Positions 36,831-50,100 of a stretch of 64,000 bases of DNA are shown here, one piece after another. The notes under the pieces are model-generated. The model had not been told where the DNA came from, did not search any database, and saw only the letters and a list, made by a program, of their open reading frames with translations. A program made the translations under genes and the position numbers. Within the stretch, counting starts at the first letter, position 1, and every line of letters begins with the position of its first letter. Origin of the DNA: Penicillus capitatus (Eukaryota > Plantae > Chlorophyta); NCBI GenBank assembly GCA_965649825.1, contig OZ287697.1, positions 1,412,351-1,476,350 on the forward strand, read 5' to 3'.

Positions 36831-39800
36831 ATGCGACACACCTTCGTTGGTTTACTCTTGATATGCGTCGTGTTCAAAACGGCCGCAAATCAATTCGAAC
36901 TCCGGAGGTTTTATCTCCGTCCGCCTCTGACTACAGCGGCGACCAAATATGCCTTGACTGAGGTCTTTTTCGACAGAACCCCGAACTCGAGTCCGTCCAC
37001 GCACGCGGAAAGAACGCCATCTGTGCCGCTTCGTGCGACTAAGACTGTTTCGTTTCCGACGAGATACGAGGACGACGCGGCGGACGCGTCTTCCGCGTTC
37101 CAGACGCGGGGGACTACGGAGAAAGAACGGCTATCTGTGGCTAAGCGAAGTCGGAGCGAGGGCCGCTCTCTGCGACAAGACGATGGCTTGAACGACGAAG
37201 CTCTCACAAGTGAGGCCCCTGCTATTTACGTTACAGAACGCTTTCTTGACGCCAGTTCTCTCGGTCTTGGCAGGCCTTCCTTGTTCGCTGAGCAAACGAA
37301 TTCTTAGAGAACACCTGGACAGAGCTACCAGAACGTGGCGCATCAACCGTCCACTTCTTCGTGAAGTTGAGGATGACATCCAAGTCATTGTCAACTGTAC
37401 GAAGCCAGGCGACGTCCTCGTCTTCAGTCCGAAGCGCAGAATCCGGCCGTCCTCGCGCATCGTCATACCATGGCCACTAACGCTGACAGCACCAGTGAGC
37501 AGTTCCGCTGTCGAAGAAGGAGTGTTCCCCCGTTCCGAAGCAAAGACGGTCTTCACCTGTCCGAACAGAAGACATGGCGTCTTCTTGGTTAAGTGAGATT
37601 TGTACTCTCACATCTGCTGATGTCTTATATCGATCTTGCGTTCAGGCCGGCGGGTGTCCTTTTCGCCAATCTGATATTCGAGGACTGTGTGTTCGAATCT
37701 GGGAGTTCTGGGTCCATCGTGGAAGTTGAAAACTGTTCTTCTAGTCGCATCAGAGGCACAACTCAGTTTCACCACGTCTGCTTCAAGAGTAACATCTTGA
37801 TCAACGGCGCAGGACTCGCAATGCAGTCGCCATCTTGCTCTGAGCTGGAGCTGATCGATTTCGTCTTCGAGAACAACACATGCAGTGGAAGATGCGGCGT
37901 GATCATGTCTAGACGCAATCGACTGAGAGACATCGTCGTTCATCAGAACAAGCGATCTGACTCAGCAATCAGCAACACGACGGTGTTTTACGCGCCTCCT
38001 GGATCAGATACATCTGTCGATCATATGAACAGCTCAGAGAACAGATGCTCAAGCCTCGATGTTGTGGATGGATCTCTGAACATGACACGTTCTACGTTCA
38101 TCCAGAATTCGATTGCAGCTGGCCAAGACGGTACGAGCAGTACATCCCTGCACTTGACGTCAGCAACAGTGTCGATCAAGGAATGTCGATTTGAACAGAA
38201 CGAGGCACAGACTGGAGGTGCCATTGCTGTATCAGGATCGAATGTCACCTTTACTGACAGCATTTTTAATGCAAATGTCGCTACAAAGGGAGGAGTCATG
38301 GTCCTTCGAGATGACAGTATGGTCTCGATTCAATCCTGCAATTTCTCTTCGAATACAGCTCTCCGATCTGGTGGAATTCTATTTGCAAGATCGTCTCAGC
38401 TATTTGTCCAGTATTCATTTCTGAAAAAGAATTCTGCAAATGGCAACGGTGGTTGCTTTTGTCTGGATAATTCGAGCAATCTCGAAATGTCGTTCGCCAC
38501 CATGACGGACAACCAAGCTGTTTTTGGCGGAGTGTTGGTTATCAAAGGGGAGGCATCGGGAAATGTGACGCATTCGTCCTTCCACATGAACGATGCATCA
38601 ACATCTGGCGGTGCCGCTTTTGTCCAAGCGTCTACACTTTCCCTCGAAAAGTGCCGCCTTGCTGATGGATCTGCAGAATATGGAGGAGGTATTACTGCAG
38701 TCTCTTCAAACATCTCCGTTCTGGAGAGCACTGCGTCTAATCTCTCCGCGAGCAAGGAAGGTGGATTTGTTCTCGTGCGTGCCGATTCTGTGTTACGCAT
38801 GAGTGACTGCACATGCTCGGGAAACTTGGCAAGTTTTGGTGGGTGTATGCACGTAAAGGTGAATTCATTGGGCATCGTCACTGACTGCCAGTTTGACAAG
38901 AACGATGCATCAACGTCTGGCGGCGCCGCTTTTGTCCGAAGCTCTACCTTCTTAGTTCAGAAGTGCCGCCTTGCTGATGGATCTGCAGAATATGGAGGAG
39001 GTATTACTGCAGTCTCTTCAAACATCTCCGTTCTGGAGAGCACTGCGTCCAATCTGTCCGCGGGCAAGGAAGGTGGATTTGTCCTCGTGCGTGCTAACAC
39101 TGTGTTCCGCATGAGTGACTGCACATGCTCGGCCAACCTGGCCAACCTTGGTGGGTGCATGCACGTGAAGGAGAATTCCTTGGGCATCATCACTGACTGC
39201 CAGTTCGACAAGAACGACGCATCAACGTCTGGCGGTGCCGCTTTTGTTCGAAGCTCTGCCCTCTCAGTTCAGAAGTGCCGCCTTGCTGGGGGATCTGCCA
39301 CATACGGTGGAGGTATCCATTCAGTCTCTTCGAGAGTCACTATCTGGGAGACTGACGCTTTCGGTCAATCTGCCAATGAACACGGCGGTTTTATTTCAGC
39401 GCAGAGTGGAAGTAGAGTCAACGTGACAAGAAGCTCCATCGTAGCAACCAGATCACGACAAGGCGGTGCTATCTTCCTCTCAGGGTCTGTCTTCAAGGTC
39501 AACAACACCCGAATCTCGCAGTGTGAGGCAGAGAGTGATGGAGGCGCCATTATGAGCAGTGATTCATCGAGGCTTCTCTGCAGTGGCTGCATTCTGGTCG
39601 AAAACAATGCAAGCCGTGGTGGAGCCATATTCCTGGTGTACAATAATCCTCAACCCATTTCTCTGCAACTAGACGACAGCACTGTGCTCAACAATTCAGC
39701 TGAATATGGAGGTATTCATGATAAGAGCGACAGAAGGTGAGGTTCACTCTCTTCTTACGTAGGAGGAATTCACGTTGTCGCCGAAACGGAGTCCATATTG

Positions 39801-42441
39801 CACAACTGCCGATCAGAACCTGATGAATGTGGAGTCGTGGCTGTGGTGAACACTTTGCTGACGAATAACAAAGCAGAGGACGCAGGAGGGGCCATCTTTA
39901 TCGACACAGTGGTCGGTCTTCGAGCGAACTGCTCAGATGCATCGACAGAACAGGAAGTGGAATTCTATTCGAAGAGGCAGTGGAAGGCCATGACGCGTTT
40001 AACCTCCATTGACAATATCTGTCGATCCTGGAAGAACAATTCGGCTAACAGATATGGACCGGATGTTGCATCATACGCATTGGATGTTCAGAAGAAGATC
40101 GCCGACGAGGAAACAGGAGTCTCGGAGTTAGCGGATGGAAGTCTCCTCACGATACACAACCACAGAAGCGGAAAACCAATACCCGCGATTACCCTAACGC
40201 CAGTGGATGAACTCGGACAAGGCCCGGCTGTGGGGGAGAACAACGAAGACATCAAGGCCGTCATGTCCTCCCCGGATGGATTCTTCGTCGGAAATGTTAG
40301 AGAGTCTCTGTGCGTCAAAGGGGCAAATCTCAGTGCCATTGGCTTCGTGAAGCCTGGCACGTATGAAGTTCAGATTGAGTTTGAAGGCGCAGACCTGGAG
40401 AGCTTCGAGATCACTGTAGAGGTAAAACCGTGTGATATCGGCGAAGTTCTGTCTGGAAATGGGACATTCTGTGAAACTTGCAATGTCGCCTCTTACAATT
40501 TCTCCCCGGAAGAGGATACTGAATGTCAGCCGTGTCCAGAAAACGGAGACTGCAGCAGTCAAGTCATTCTGCCCAACAGAGGGTACTGGCACCAGACACC
40601 GTGCTCAGAGCGCGTCCAGAGATGCCTCACAGAAGAAGCGTGTGGCAGTGAAAACCGCAAGGAGGCGTTAGCAAAAATCACACGAGATGTGGAATCCTGT
40701 GACTTTAGTGAACAGTACTTGCAGAACTACACAGCGGCGCAGTGCAGAGAAGTAAACTTCGTGTAAGTATCCGGACTGCATTAAGGGGCTTGAGTTGCAG
40801 GGGCATGAAGGACCACTTTGTGGATCTTGCAAGGGGACCCATGGCAAGTCTCACTCTTACCTCTGTGAGAAATGCTTAGCTGGAATTAGCAACATCATGC
40901 TCGTCATTCTGTCATTGCTTGTCTTGCTGGGCTTATGTGGCATCACCATAAGAAGCAACCTTATTTCCGTCGTCTTATCTCCTCAGCGAAAACACACGCA
41001 AGCTGACGCTCAGTCCTGTGCTGGCTCTACAAGCAGTCATACAGTTCATACTGAGCGGACAGTGGAAATGACATCCATGAGAACGATCCGGGGGGAGGAC
41101 TCGAATTCTGATCCCGATCAGGAAGCTGATCCAGTCCAATCTTCTGACGATGTGGAACTCAAGAAATGGAAGGCAATCGAATTGCTTAAAGTTGTGATGC
41201 TCCTCTTTCTCTGTTGTATCCTCTTCGTGATTTTATTGTTTTGCAGATTGCAGTGAACTTTTTGCAGGTAACAGCCATAGCTGTGGCCGTTAGTGCAAAG
41301 TGGACCTTCGCCATGATTACACTCTTCAAAACTGCTGGTAAGTGAGACAAGTCTCTAACGTAATGTCAGAAGGCGTTGTTCTGTAGAGTTCATTAGTGCT
41401 GTCACATCAGACGCTGTGAATCGATCTGTGGATTGTCTCATCCCACTGGAAGCTTCCATCGAGCGCTCCATCGCCAGTACTCTCGTGGATATGTCGCAGC
41501 CGCTTGTGGCCGTCTTTATCTTTGTCGTTTTTTGGCTGGTAATGAAGATCAGACGTAACAAGGCTTGGATGTACCTATGGAAGCGGTGTGTCCTCAGCAC
41601 CCTCGTCGTCTGTTACATCAGCTATATCTCCATCAGCAAGACACTCATCAACATCCTCAACTGCGTCGAAGTCCAAGACTCGACTCTGGTCGAAATCGAT
41701 GACACGACAGACTACTGGGCAATGGACACCCATGTTCGATGTTATGAAGGATCCCACGCCATACTAGCTTTTTTACTGGCATGGCCATTCCTCTTCATCT
41801 TCACCCTTGGATTTCCCTTGGCGATCGCATACCTCACCGGCAAGAAAGTGACAGAGGATTACAAGGATGGTTGGATCTATGCCGTTGCTGGGTTTGTCTA
41901 CCGTTCCTACGGCCAGAAGTACATCTTCTGGGAGTCTGTGATCATGTCCAGGAAGGCTGTCCTCGCAGTCGTGGTCGTCTTTTCGTACGAACTGGGTGCC
42001 AGTATCCAAGCTGTTCTGGCCTCCTTCGTTCTGATCGTGGCACTTTACTTCCAGATGAAATGTCGCCCCTACCGCGAAGAATTTGACTGCCTCAATGAAG
42101 TGGAGAGCGTTTCCATTCTGCTTTCCTCTCTCACCTTTGTCGGCAGCATCTTCTTCAGTGACGATCGTGTATCACACGGGGTTCGTGTGTTGATGAGCGT
42201 TTTCCTGTTCTGTACAAACACCTTCTTCTTTCTCTACCTGTTAGCTCTTTTGGTAAGCTTTGCGGCCGAGTACTTGGAAAGTGTACTGGTCAAAGAAGGT
42301 ATTCATTCCTTGCCGGTAAAAGGCACATTTCGCATTCTCCGTGCCTATCTTTTCGATTACCTGCTCGCTCATGTGATAGCTGCCATGATGCGATGGGTCA
42401 ATCGAGGCAGATCTCGTCGATACGGCCATTGTGCAGTTTGA
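36831..42441 (+). CDS. R4: Pmp-like beta-helix multi-pass membrane receptor-like protein, 1762 aa (shortest ectodomain)
   Basis: Exons 36831-37209, 37274-37592, 37646-39711, 39763-40751, 40801-41190, 41247-41337, 41387-42441 sum to 5289 nt. Signal peptide MRHTFVGLLLICVVFKTAA, RSLRQ motif, TGA stop. Confidence 0.92.
38589..39330 (+). repeat. In-frame 312-bp (104-aa) tandem repeat, ~2.4 units, inside the R4 beta-helix
   Basis: NDASTSGGAAFV starts at 38589, 38901 and 39213. Units 1 and 2 share long identical runs such as GSAEYGGGITAVSSNISVLESTASNLSA. Confidence 0.95.
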
Positions 42442-44706
42442 AGTGCTTCATCATCATGTGTTAGATTTCTTTCTGTCTGATGGGAATAAGAAAGACAGCT
42501 GAAACCTACCCCCTTTCAGCGATTGAATGATTCTTGGTATCGTGAGAGAGGACAACGATTGCGAATGGAAAATCGTTTCGTCAGAAGTAGTCTGTGATTC
42601 AATTGGCGTCCGTCTCTCTATCAACAGCAATTGGCGTTTCGTGGATGTAGAAGGGCAACAGTGATTGCAAGACCCGTAAGAATGACGTCTCAAGATTCTG
42701 ATTCTAATCGAACCGAACAGCAGAATGTTCCTAATGCTTCATTGCCTTTGTGCTTCCCTCTGATCATAAGCGAGACGCGTGTTTGTCTGTCGATTCAGAA
42801 ATCTTCTGCGGCAATTGCACAAGTCTTGAGCTGCATTTCACACGAAGATCCTTCGACGGTCACATCTGACACGCAACATCAGGACAGAACACGAGGACGA
42901 TGACAGAAGCGTTGCATCGTTGGAGATCGCGTTCCAAAGACGACGCCTTGAGAATCACACGAAAGAACGCAATGATCACAAATGTTCGCATGGTACGAAT
43001 CATATCGCTGCACATTTATTGGCACAGAAGACCAACGAGACATTAGAAAGAAAGAAAAGACAAAGACTTAATGCGCTCATCGTCGCACAAGAATAAGTCC
43101 CTGACAAAATGCGGGATCGTTTCGCCTGAAGGGCTCGTCCTCCACAACGTTTCCCTCGCTTCTGTTAACCAACTCAGAGGAGTTGCTGGCGTGTGCCCTC
43201 GACCAGCCAGTGCACGTTACGCAGGACAGCTCGCTCCAGAAAGGCAGCAATGGAGTCTCTTACTATATCTATAGGAGCAGAAGGTGCGCAGGAGAATGGA
43301 TTTACGACGATGATGTTTCTGACGGGTGCACGCACCAGCCGACGATGACAGAGCATTCTGGACACACGGCCGTGGAACGAGGTATGAGGTCCAAAATTGC
43401 TGGCCTTCGAAGTCGCCTTCTGCGATTCCGAAATCGACGGGGACGACGTGCTTACAACGCGCACCCTCTGCAAAGACAGTCAACATCAAGACTTCCGTAG
43501 GGGAGAGCAAAGGCACGGAACTCGGGATGGACTCCAGAAGTCTCTATTCACACCGTGCATTCGGACTTGCAATCAAGCTGTCAGCCTGAGCTGAAAGAAG
43601 GCTTAACGACGAAACGTCCGGTCACCTCGCAGAGACAGAGCAGAAGGATTGCGGCGAACAGGGTGCATTTGGCCGGTGCTAGCTTCGATTTGCTGTCGGT
43701 GCATTTAGTAGGCCGAGACAATCAGCGAAGGAATGGCGATTGCGTATTGGACGGTGTCTCTGGCTTTATGCCCAATTTCATTCCCTAGCTGCGGACTGGA
43801 TGGCAATGAAGCTCATTGCGTTTGGAAATGTTTTGCATACATACGTACAGCACGCTTGACGGAGAGGACAGCTCGGACTTCCACTGAACCGCAGTGCCAG
43901 CGACAACGGGATACTAACAGACCGTTGTTGTTTACTAGCAAGTGGCAAGAGACGCTGCGGTGTCGTCAAAGCGAGAACGCGACCTAGGGATCCTGTAGAC
44001 CGCGTCCTGAAACGGAAGGATGAAAGGACGGCGATTGAGACAGAACTGCATAGGGATGCGACGCTCTTTGTCGGAGAGGAAGAAATCCTGGGCTGCAACG
44101 TGAAGGGCGACAGATGACGGTTTCTCTGTCCTGTGGTGTCGAAGGTTCAAAGCCTTGCCGCGAGCTCGAGAGAGAGTGTCGGTCGATTTTGTTAATCGTA
44201 TACTCGCTTGTGAATCCAGCCAGCCGATTTCACGATGCATAGTGAGTGCATACGGCCGCCGATTTGTCGTCGCACCGCGAATGATCTTGTTTGACTGTAA
44301 AGAGCGCTATTTCTCGCTGTTGTCTCTGAACATCGCCTAGATACCTGTTTCCATCGTGACTAGTTCAGCAGAAGAAGTAGATAGCGGCGATCTCGTTGTC
44401 AGCGACAATAATCGTACGATGAGGAAATGTCTGTCACATCGCTCACTCACTGTAGGACTGTGGCGGATGAGAGCAGCAGAAACAGAAGCCGTCAGTTGCG
44501 TCTGGATTGAATTCGAGAATGGCAGAAGTGATCGACTACTGTTTGGAGATGTCACATCTAGAAGATCCTTCGTTGTCTGCTAAAAAAGACACAATCCTTC
44601 CTACCTGACATATTCAGCGTCCACTAGGGAGACGATCTTATCTCTGTACATGGGTCACACTCATTAAGCATTTCTTCAAACAACTGTACGACGGTAGAAG
44701 AGTGAG

Positions 44707-44881
44707 TGTCATTACTTCAGACGTTGTAAACAAACGATTGCTTACAAAAGAACGAGAGTGTCTTCCGTTGTTCGCGCCCCTCCTTAAGTACCTCCCGATC
44801 AGGAGGGGCGACTAATACGTCGTTGATGCGATGACTACAAGTGCCATGATGAGTCATCGCTTAATACTGTAGGAGTCCACA
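44707..44881 (+). mobile_element. 175-bp solo-LTR-like element (TGTCA...CCACA) with 5-bp TSD GTGAG
   Basis: GTGAG at 44702-44706 and 44882-44886. TG...CA termini. Near-identical inverted copy at 55547-55725. Confidence 0.85.
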
Positions 44882-45939
44882 GTGAGAATGCGAGAATTGA
44901 TAACTATTTTGCTGTAGTGTACGCAGATAGAGTCTCATCGTGGCACATCAAGAAGAAAACAGCCCTCAGTCGTTGACAAGACTGGTATTGCCTTCAATTG
45001 CTGCACTAGCAGCAAACTAAGGTTTCCCATCTTAAGAACGCTATAACCTCCATGGCCTTTATATTTATTAACTCGTGCAGAAATCCAGTTAGGCAGGTGC
45101 TACTAGATCAAGAGATATAGGTTAAGAAGAAGGCTTTACACTAAAAAGGCAAAATCCTCCACTGCCTGAAGACGGCTCGCGAGTATCTTTATTGTTTGTC
45201 TGTTCTAGCTGGCAAACTTGTCTCGTTCTCACTGTTGATCACTCTCCGCGTCCTTCGGGTGAGAAATCTGTTCCTAGACGCGTTTCTGGAGGATGCTGTT
45301 GACCACCGAAAACCCACCTTTCGATTCACTGTCCCCAGCGATGCCGATGAGACCAAACCTGTGAAGCTACCTGAACCTGTCATCAAACTGCCCATTTCCC
45401 CTTTGCTTCTGGCCGTGTTCCAATCATCAAAACCCTTCACAGTGTCGCCATTCCGTGTAAGATGGCAAGAAACAGGAGCCATTTAGGGAGTCGAGCCAAA
45501 GGCTGGCTTCTGCTGTTGGCCATTCCTGATGCAACGGTGTATCTGTCGATCAGAAGATCGACGCGTGCGCACTCGTCATTTGATGAAGGGATGGCTGTCC
45601 CTCAGGATCTGGGCAGAAAGACAAGGCTCTGAAAGACATCCTTCCGAGAAAAGCCCGGAATTCTTGTTTTTGAATTAGTAGTTAACTCGGTGCTAATTCT
45701 TACTCTTTGATAACATCGGTGCATTATCTCTGCATTCTGGCAAAATAGTGAACGCGAAAAAACAACAGCAGACAATGGTGCTCGTTTGGCAGGTAACGAA
45801 ATCGGCCAAAAGAATCGCAGATGTCGCCTCACAGGACAGCAGCACGCACGTGCTTCCAGCAGCATCAAGATCTCGATAACTTCCTCCGAATCTCTCGGAG
45901 GGTGAATACACGACATCTCTCCCACCGACCGAGGTTCGT

Positions 45940-46330
45940 TCTTTGGGGATCGATGATCATGTTGTCTTCTCGCATCCAGTCGAAACCTATACCCAGTACA
46001 TTCTCCGTATTGATCTGTTATCTCCAGATGAGTAGCTGTCCAGATCGTCAATAGTTTGATAGACTGAACAGCGTAGAGAGCCTTTCTGTGATGGTCTCTT
46101 CGATCACATTTGTATCAAGCGTTCGGTTTCATGAAGATGCCCTCGATCACGGCATTCGGATCATGACAACGGCGTCCGCAGTAAGAGCAGTGTCATTCTT
46201 TTTGTCTTTCTTCTGTCGTTCACGGCGACAAGTGTAGCGAAGCTGTTGAAAAGTGGCTTGGCAGCAAGCGACGTGTGTTACCGTTTGGCAATAGGCACAT
46301 TGCTTGTCCTCATAATCTGTTGTATAGATT
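45940..46330 (-). mobile_element. Possible highly degenerate LTR-retrotransposon gag/protease remnant
   Basis: Two CX2CX4H motifs on the minus strand (CAYCQTVTH 46273-46299; CSYCGRRCH 46163-46189, in different frames) followed by VLGIGFDWMREDNMIIDP, resembling the ILGMDWL...ID end of retroelement proteases. Neither knuckle is complete. Confidence 0.3.
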
Positions 46331-47136
46331 GCCAGCTTGAAATCATAAGTAGGGCGGGTTTGGTTGTTTCAATAGAACGTGTGGAAATGCTTACCGAAGC
46401 CGTCGGTCCAGAGCTTCCTCATGCCAGTCTGTCTGTAGCCACATTAAAGAAGGTCTCTTGGAGTCTCGAATGAGCGACAACAAGACTTGTTTTCGGCCTT
46501 TTGTACTGTGTACTGGCTGTTGTGTATTTTCGGAAAACGAACAATGAACAGAGTAAATAGAAGAATGCGACGCTTAGTGCCTTCGATATGGATTTCTGTG
46601 ATCCAGAAAGCGATGCGCTATGAAAACATTCGATCCACAGCCTGGCTTCCTGACAATTTAGCCACGCGACCATTTGCAGTTCTGCAACGAAGCGTAGGGA
46701 AACACAGAAGGTCGAATGCCCATGGTGAGTCAGAGGGATGGAAGTAGTACGTAAGGGATGCCGACTGCAATGGGAAGGTCGCTCACAAAGTAAATCGTTC
46801 ACCGTCAAGTGCTTTTGTCAAACGATACAAGAAGAGTATGCCTAAGAGAATCAGAAAAGATGGATCTGCATGCGGGACCGAAAGATGACTCCGCTGTGCC
46901 GTCCATCCTTGCCAGATGGAGACGGTGATGATGTCATAAAAAACGTGCAAAGGGAAGGAAGCGGGTCACGGACGACAAGAGACGGAATCTCAATATGTCA
47001 CTGCACTCACAGAAATCAGCTCTTCTTAAATCCTGACAGATGGGAAGATGTTCGGTAGAGACATTCAATGTTCAAGTCACAGGGTAAGGAAAACAACAGG
47101 TGTACACCGAAACAACAGATCACAGTCTTCCGTTTA

Positions 47137-50100
47137 CTAGAGAGATGTCGGCAGCGCTCCAAAGAAAAGCTTATGAACAGCATTTTTCAGGCGTTCGAAC
47201 AGGTAATGGTGAAAATAGATCCACAGAATGTGATGAGCACCGCCATCCGGCTTGTAAGGCACTCCCTCTTGATCAAGAACAATTCTCAGGTAATCGGCAG
47301 CAAAGATCACAAAGACAAACAGAAAAAGAAGAAAGAGCGCAATGTTGCAGAATGCAAGACCGACAGTGATGAGGATACGGACGGTGGAGGACACGTGCTC
47401 GTCTCCGAAGAACATGCTTGAGCCGAAAGTCATCGCAGAGACAAGAATAGACAAACTCTCCATCTTGTTCAAGCTGTCGAATTCTGGACGATAAGGACAG
47501 CACATCATCTGAAGGTAAAGAACAAAAAGGAAAAGGAGCACGACAAGGACATGTTGCAGGTTGGCACCCAGAGGGTACGAGAAAACGACAATCACTGCCA
47601 GGATGGCCTTTCTGAACATAACGACAGACTCCCAGAACACGTAGTTCTTTTTGTAGGAACGGTACAGGAAGCCGCAGGTCTTGTAGATCCATCCGCGCGT
47701 GTAGTTCTCTTCGACGTTTCTGACGATGAGGCAGGCAGTGATCAACGGAAAACCAAAGGAGAAGACGATCAAGAAAGGCCATCCCAACATGAAGGCTAAC
47801 AAGGCATGTGGACCCTTGTAGCATTCGATCTTGGTGTCTGTGGACCAGTAGTCTGATGTGACGTCGATCTCGGAATCGACCGAATCGTGAACCTCCACGC
47901 AGTCCAGAATGCTGACGAGCGTCTTGGTGAGGGAGATGTAGCTGATGTACAGGACGGCGATGGTCGTCAGGATGATCTTCTTCAGCAGATAGGACCACGG
48001 CTCGCCTCGCTTGACCTTAATGGCTAACCAGATTATGCTGAACACGCAGATGACTCCCAGGGGAAGACAGCTGTCGATGATGACGCTGGCGATCGAGCGA
48101 TCCACCGAGGCATCGTCCGGGACGATGCAGTCCACTGACCGGTTCACCGCCTCCGACGTAATGCCGCTGATGAACTCTGCAGAGAACGAAATGTAACAAG
48201 ACGTTCTTCTGAAAACGCTCTTCTCTCACCTGCGCCTTCGAACAGAGCAATCATCATCGGAGTCCATTTGACGTTGATGGCGATGGCGACTGCTGTCACT
48301 TGCAGAAAGTTCACCATGATCTACAGCAGAGTGTCATGTTGTCCCACGAGGCCTGCCATCTCTAACCTTGAAAAGCTCCGCAGCTTTCCATTTCGCCAGT
48401 TCTGCATCTTCGGATCGCGTTTCGGACACTTGTGCTGACTGCAGTTCTGGATGCAGAAGCTCCTGCGGTACGCGACCGGTGACCATCATCTCCACCATTT
48501 CTTCATTGACAGGGACTGAGGATGATCTGTTTGGTAAAGACTTCAGCTGGCGTATGGATCTAGCAGACTTCCTCCTCGGATTTGAAGTTGAGATCGTGTT
48601 GCTTCTCACTGTGACATACGAGAGAGCCAGGAGCACCAGGAACGATACGAAGACCAAGGCATAGTTGCTGAAACCGGTGAAGCACTTCTCGCACAAAGAA
48701 GAGTGAGACTTCCCATGGGAGGCTTTGCAGGATCCACACAGAGGCCCCTCGTGTCCCTGTGATAACATACCTTGAGCACAACACACCATAGCACCCAGAG
48801 ATCACCTCTCTGCACTGAGCTTCCGTGTAGTTCTGTTCAAACTCCTCATCGAATTCACAGCTGCTGATGTTTCTTGTCGTTGCAGCCATTCTGACTTCCC
48901 TGTCTTCTGAACTGCACGCCTCGGAAGAGATGCACTCTTGGATGTGCTCGGAACACGGAGTCTTGTGCCAGTATCCCTTTGCTGGCAGGATGACTTGAGT
49001 CGTGCAGTCTCCATTCTCCGGGCAGGGATGACATCCGGTCCCGTTGCCTGGCATGAGGTTGTATGTGTCAGCGGTGCAAGGCTCACAGACGGTTCCGTTG
49101 GCAGCGGCCACTTCACCGAGTCTGCATCCCCTGATGTGCACTTCCACCACAAGCGACTCGATCAGTTCTTCACTAAAGTCGATGATGCATTCGTAGACGC
49201 CCTCCGGTCCGAACCCGACAACTCCTGAGAAGTTCCCGACGCCCTCGTTCATCTCAATATTAACGGATCCTGAGAAAAAGCCGTCCGGCGAGGTCATTGC
49301 AGCTTCGATTACTAGACTGTTTACACCGGCGGCTGGTCCCTGACCCAATCCGTCGACGACTTTCAGTTGGATAGTAGGAAGAGGTTCTCCACTTGAGTGT
49401 CCTTCGACGGCAAACCTGTTCCCTAACACTTCTTCTATAGCACCGTGTAAGTTGTCAGGGATGACAGTCATGCGAACTCCGGCACCAGATGACCCAACAT
49501 CGTCCCCATATGTACCAGCTTGGTTGCCCTTCCAGGATTGACAGATGTCGGCTGTAGATCTCAGTGCGTCCAAGGTCTCCAACTCTGCTCTGTCGGAGAA
49601 TTCTGATCTGTTTTGCCATCTCTTATGTCTGGAACAGCTTATTCGAATGCTGTCGATGTCTGATGCTAGAATGGCCCCTCCAGCATACTTTGCTTCGTTC
49701 TCAGAGAAGACAGTGTCTGTTAAGGCCAGGAAAGAACAGTTGTCATCTTGGATCGTGCAGTTTGCCTGATCGGATTCTCTGACGAAGGCTATGGCACCTA
49801 AGCACAAGACTCTGCATCCAGTGGATGATGCAGTCGTCGGTCTCACCTCCGTATGCGGCTGTGTTGTTCCGAAATGTGGATCCATCAATCTGGACAGAGA
49901 CGGAGTGCGACGAGACGTTGTTTAGGTACATTGCACCTCCCCAACGCCCAGCGGTGTTATTTTCAAAGATGCAGTTGTTGCACAGAAAAGAGGAGTTCTT
50001 TGATCCGAAGACGACGCCGCCAGACTCATTGGCATGACACCGCGAGAAGTGAGCGTTTTCCAGCTGGATCACGGAGTCATGAAACCACAGTGCACCTCCG

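Noticed and set aside
37160-37185. RSLR (R4) and RALR (R6) as oomycete RxLR effector motifs
   Set aside because: There is no downstream dEER, the proteins are membrane-anchored, and paralogs have RRLL/RILL at the same place, which fits a protease site better.
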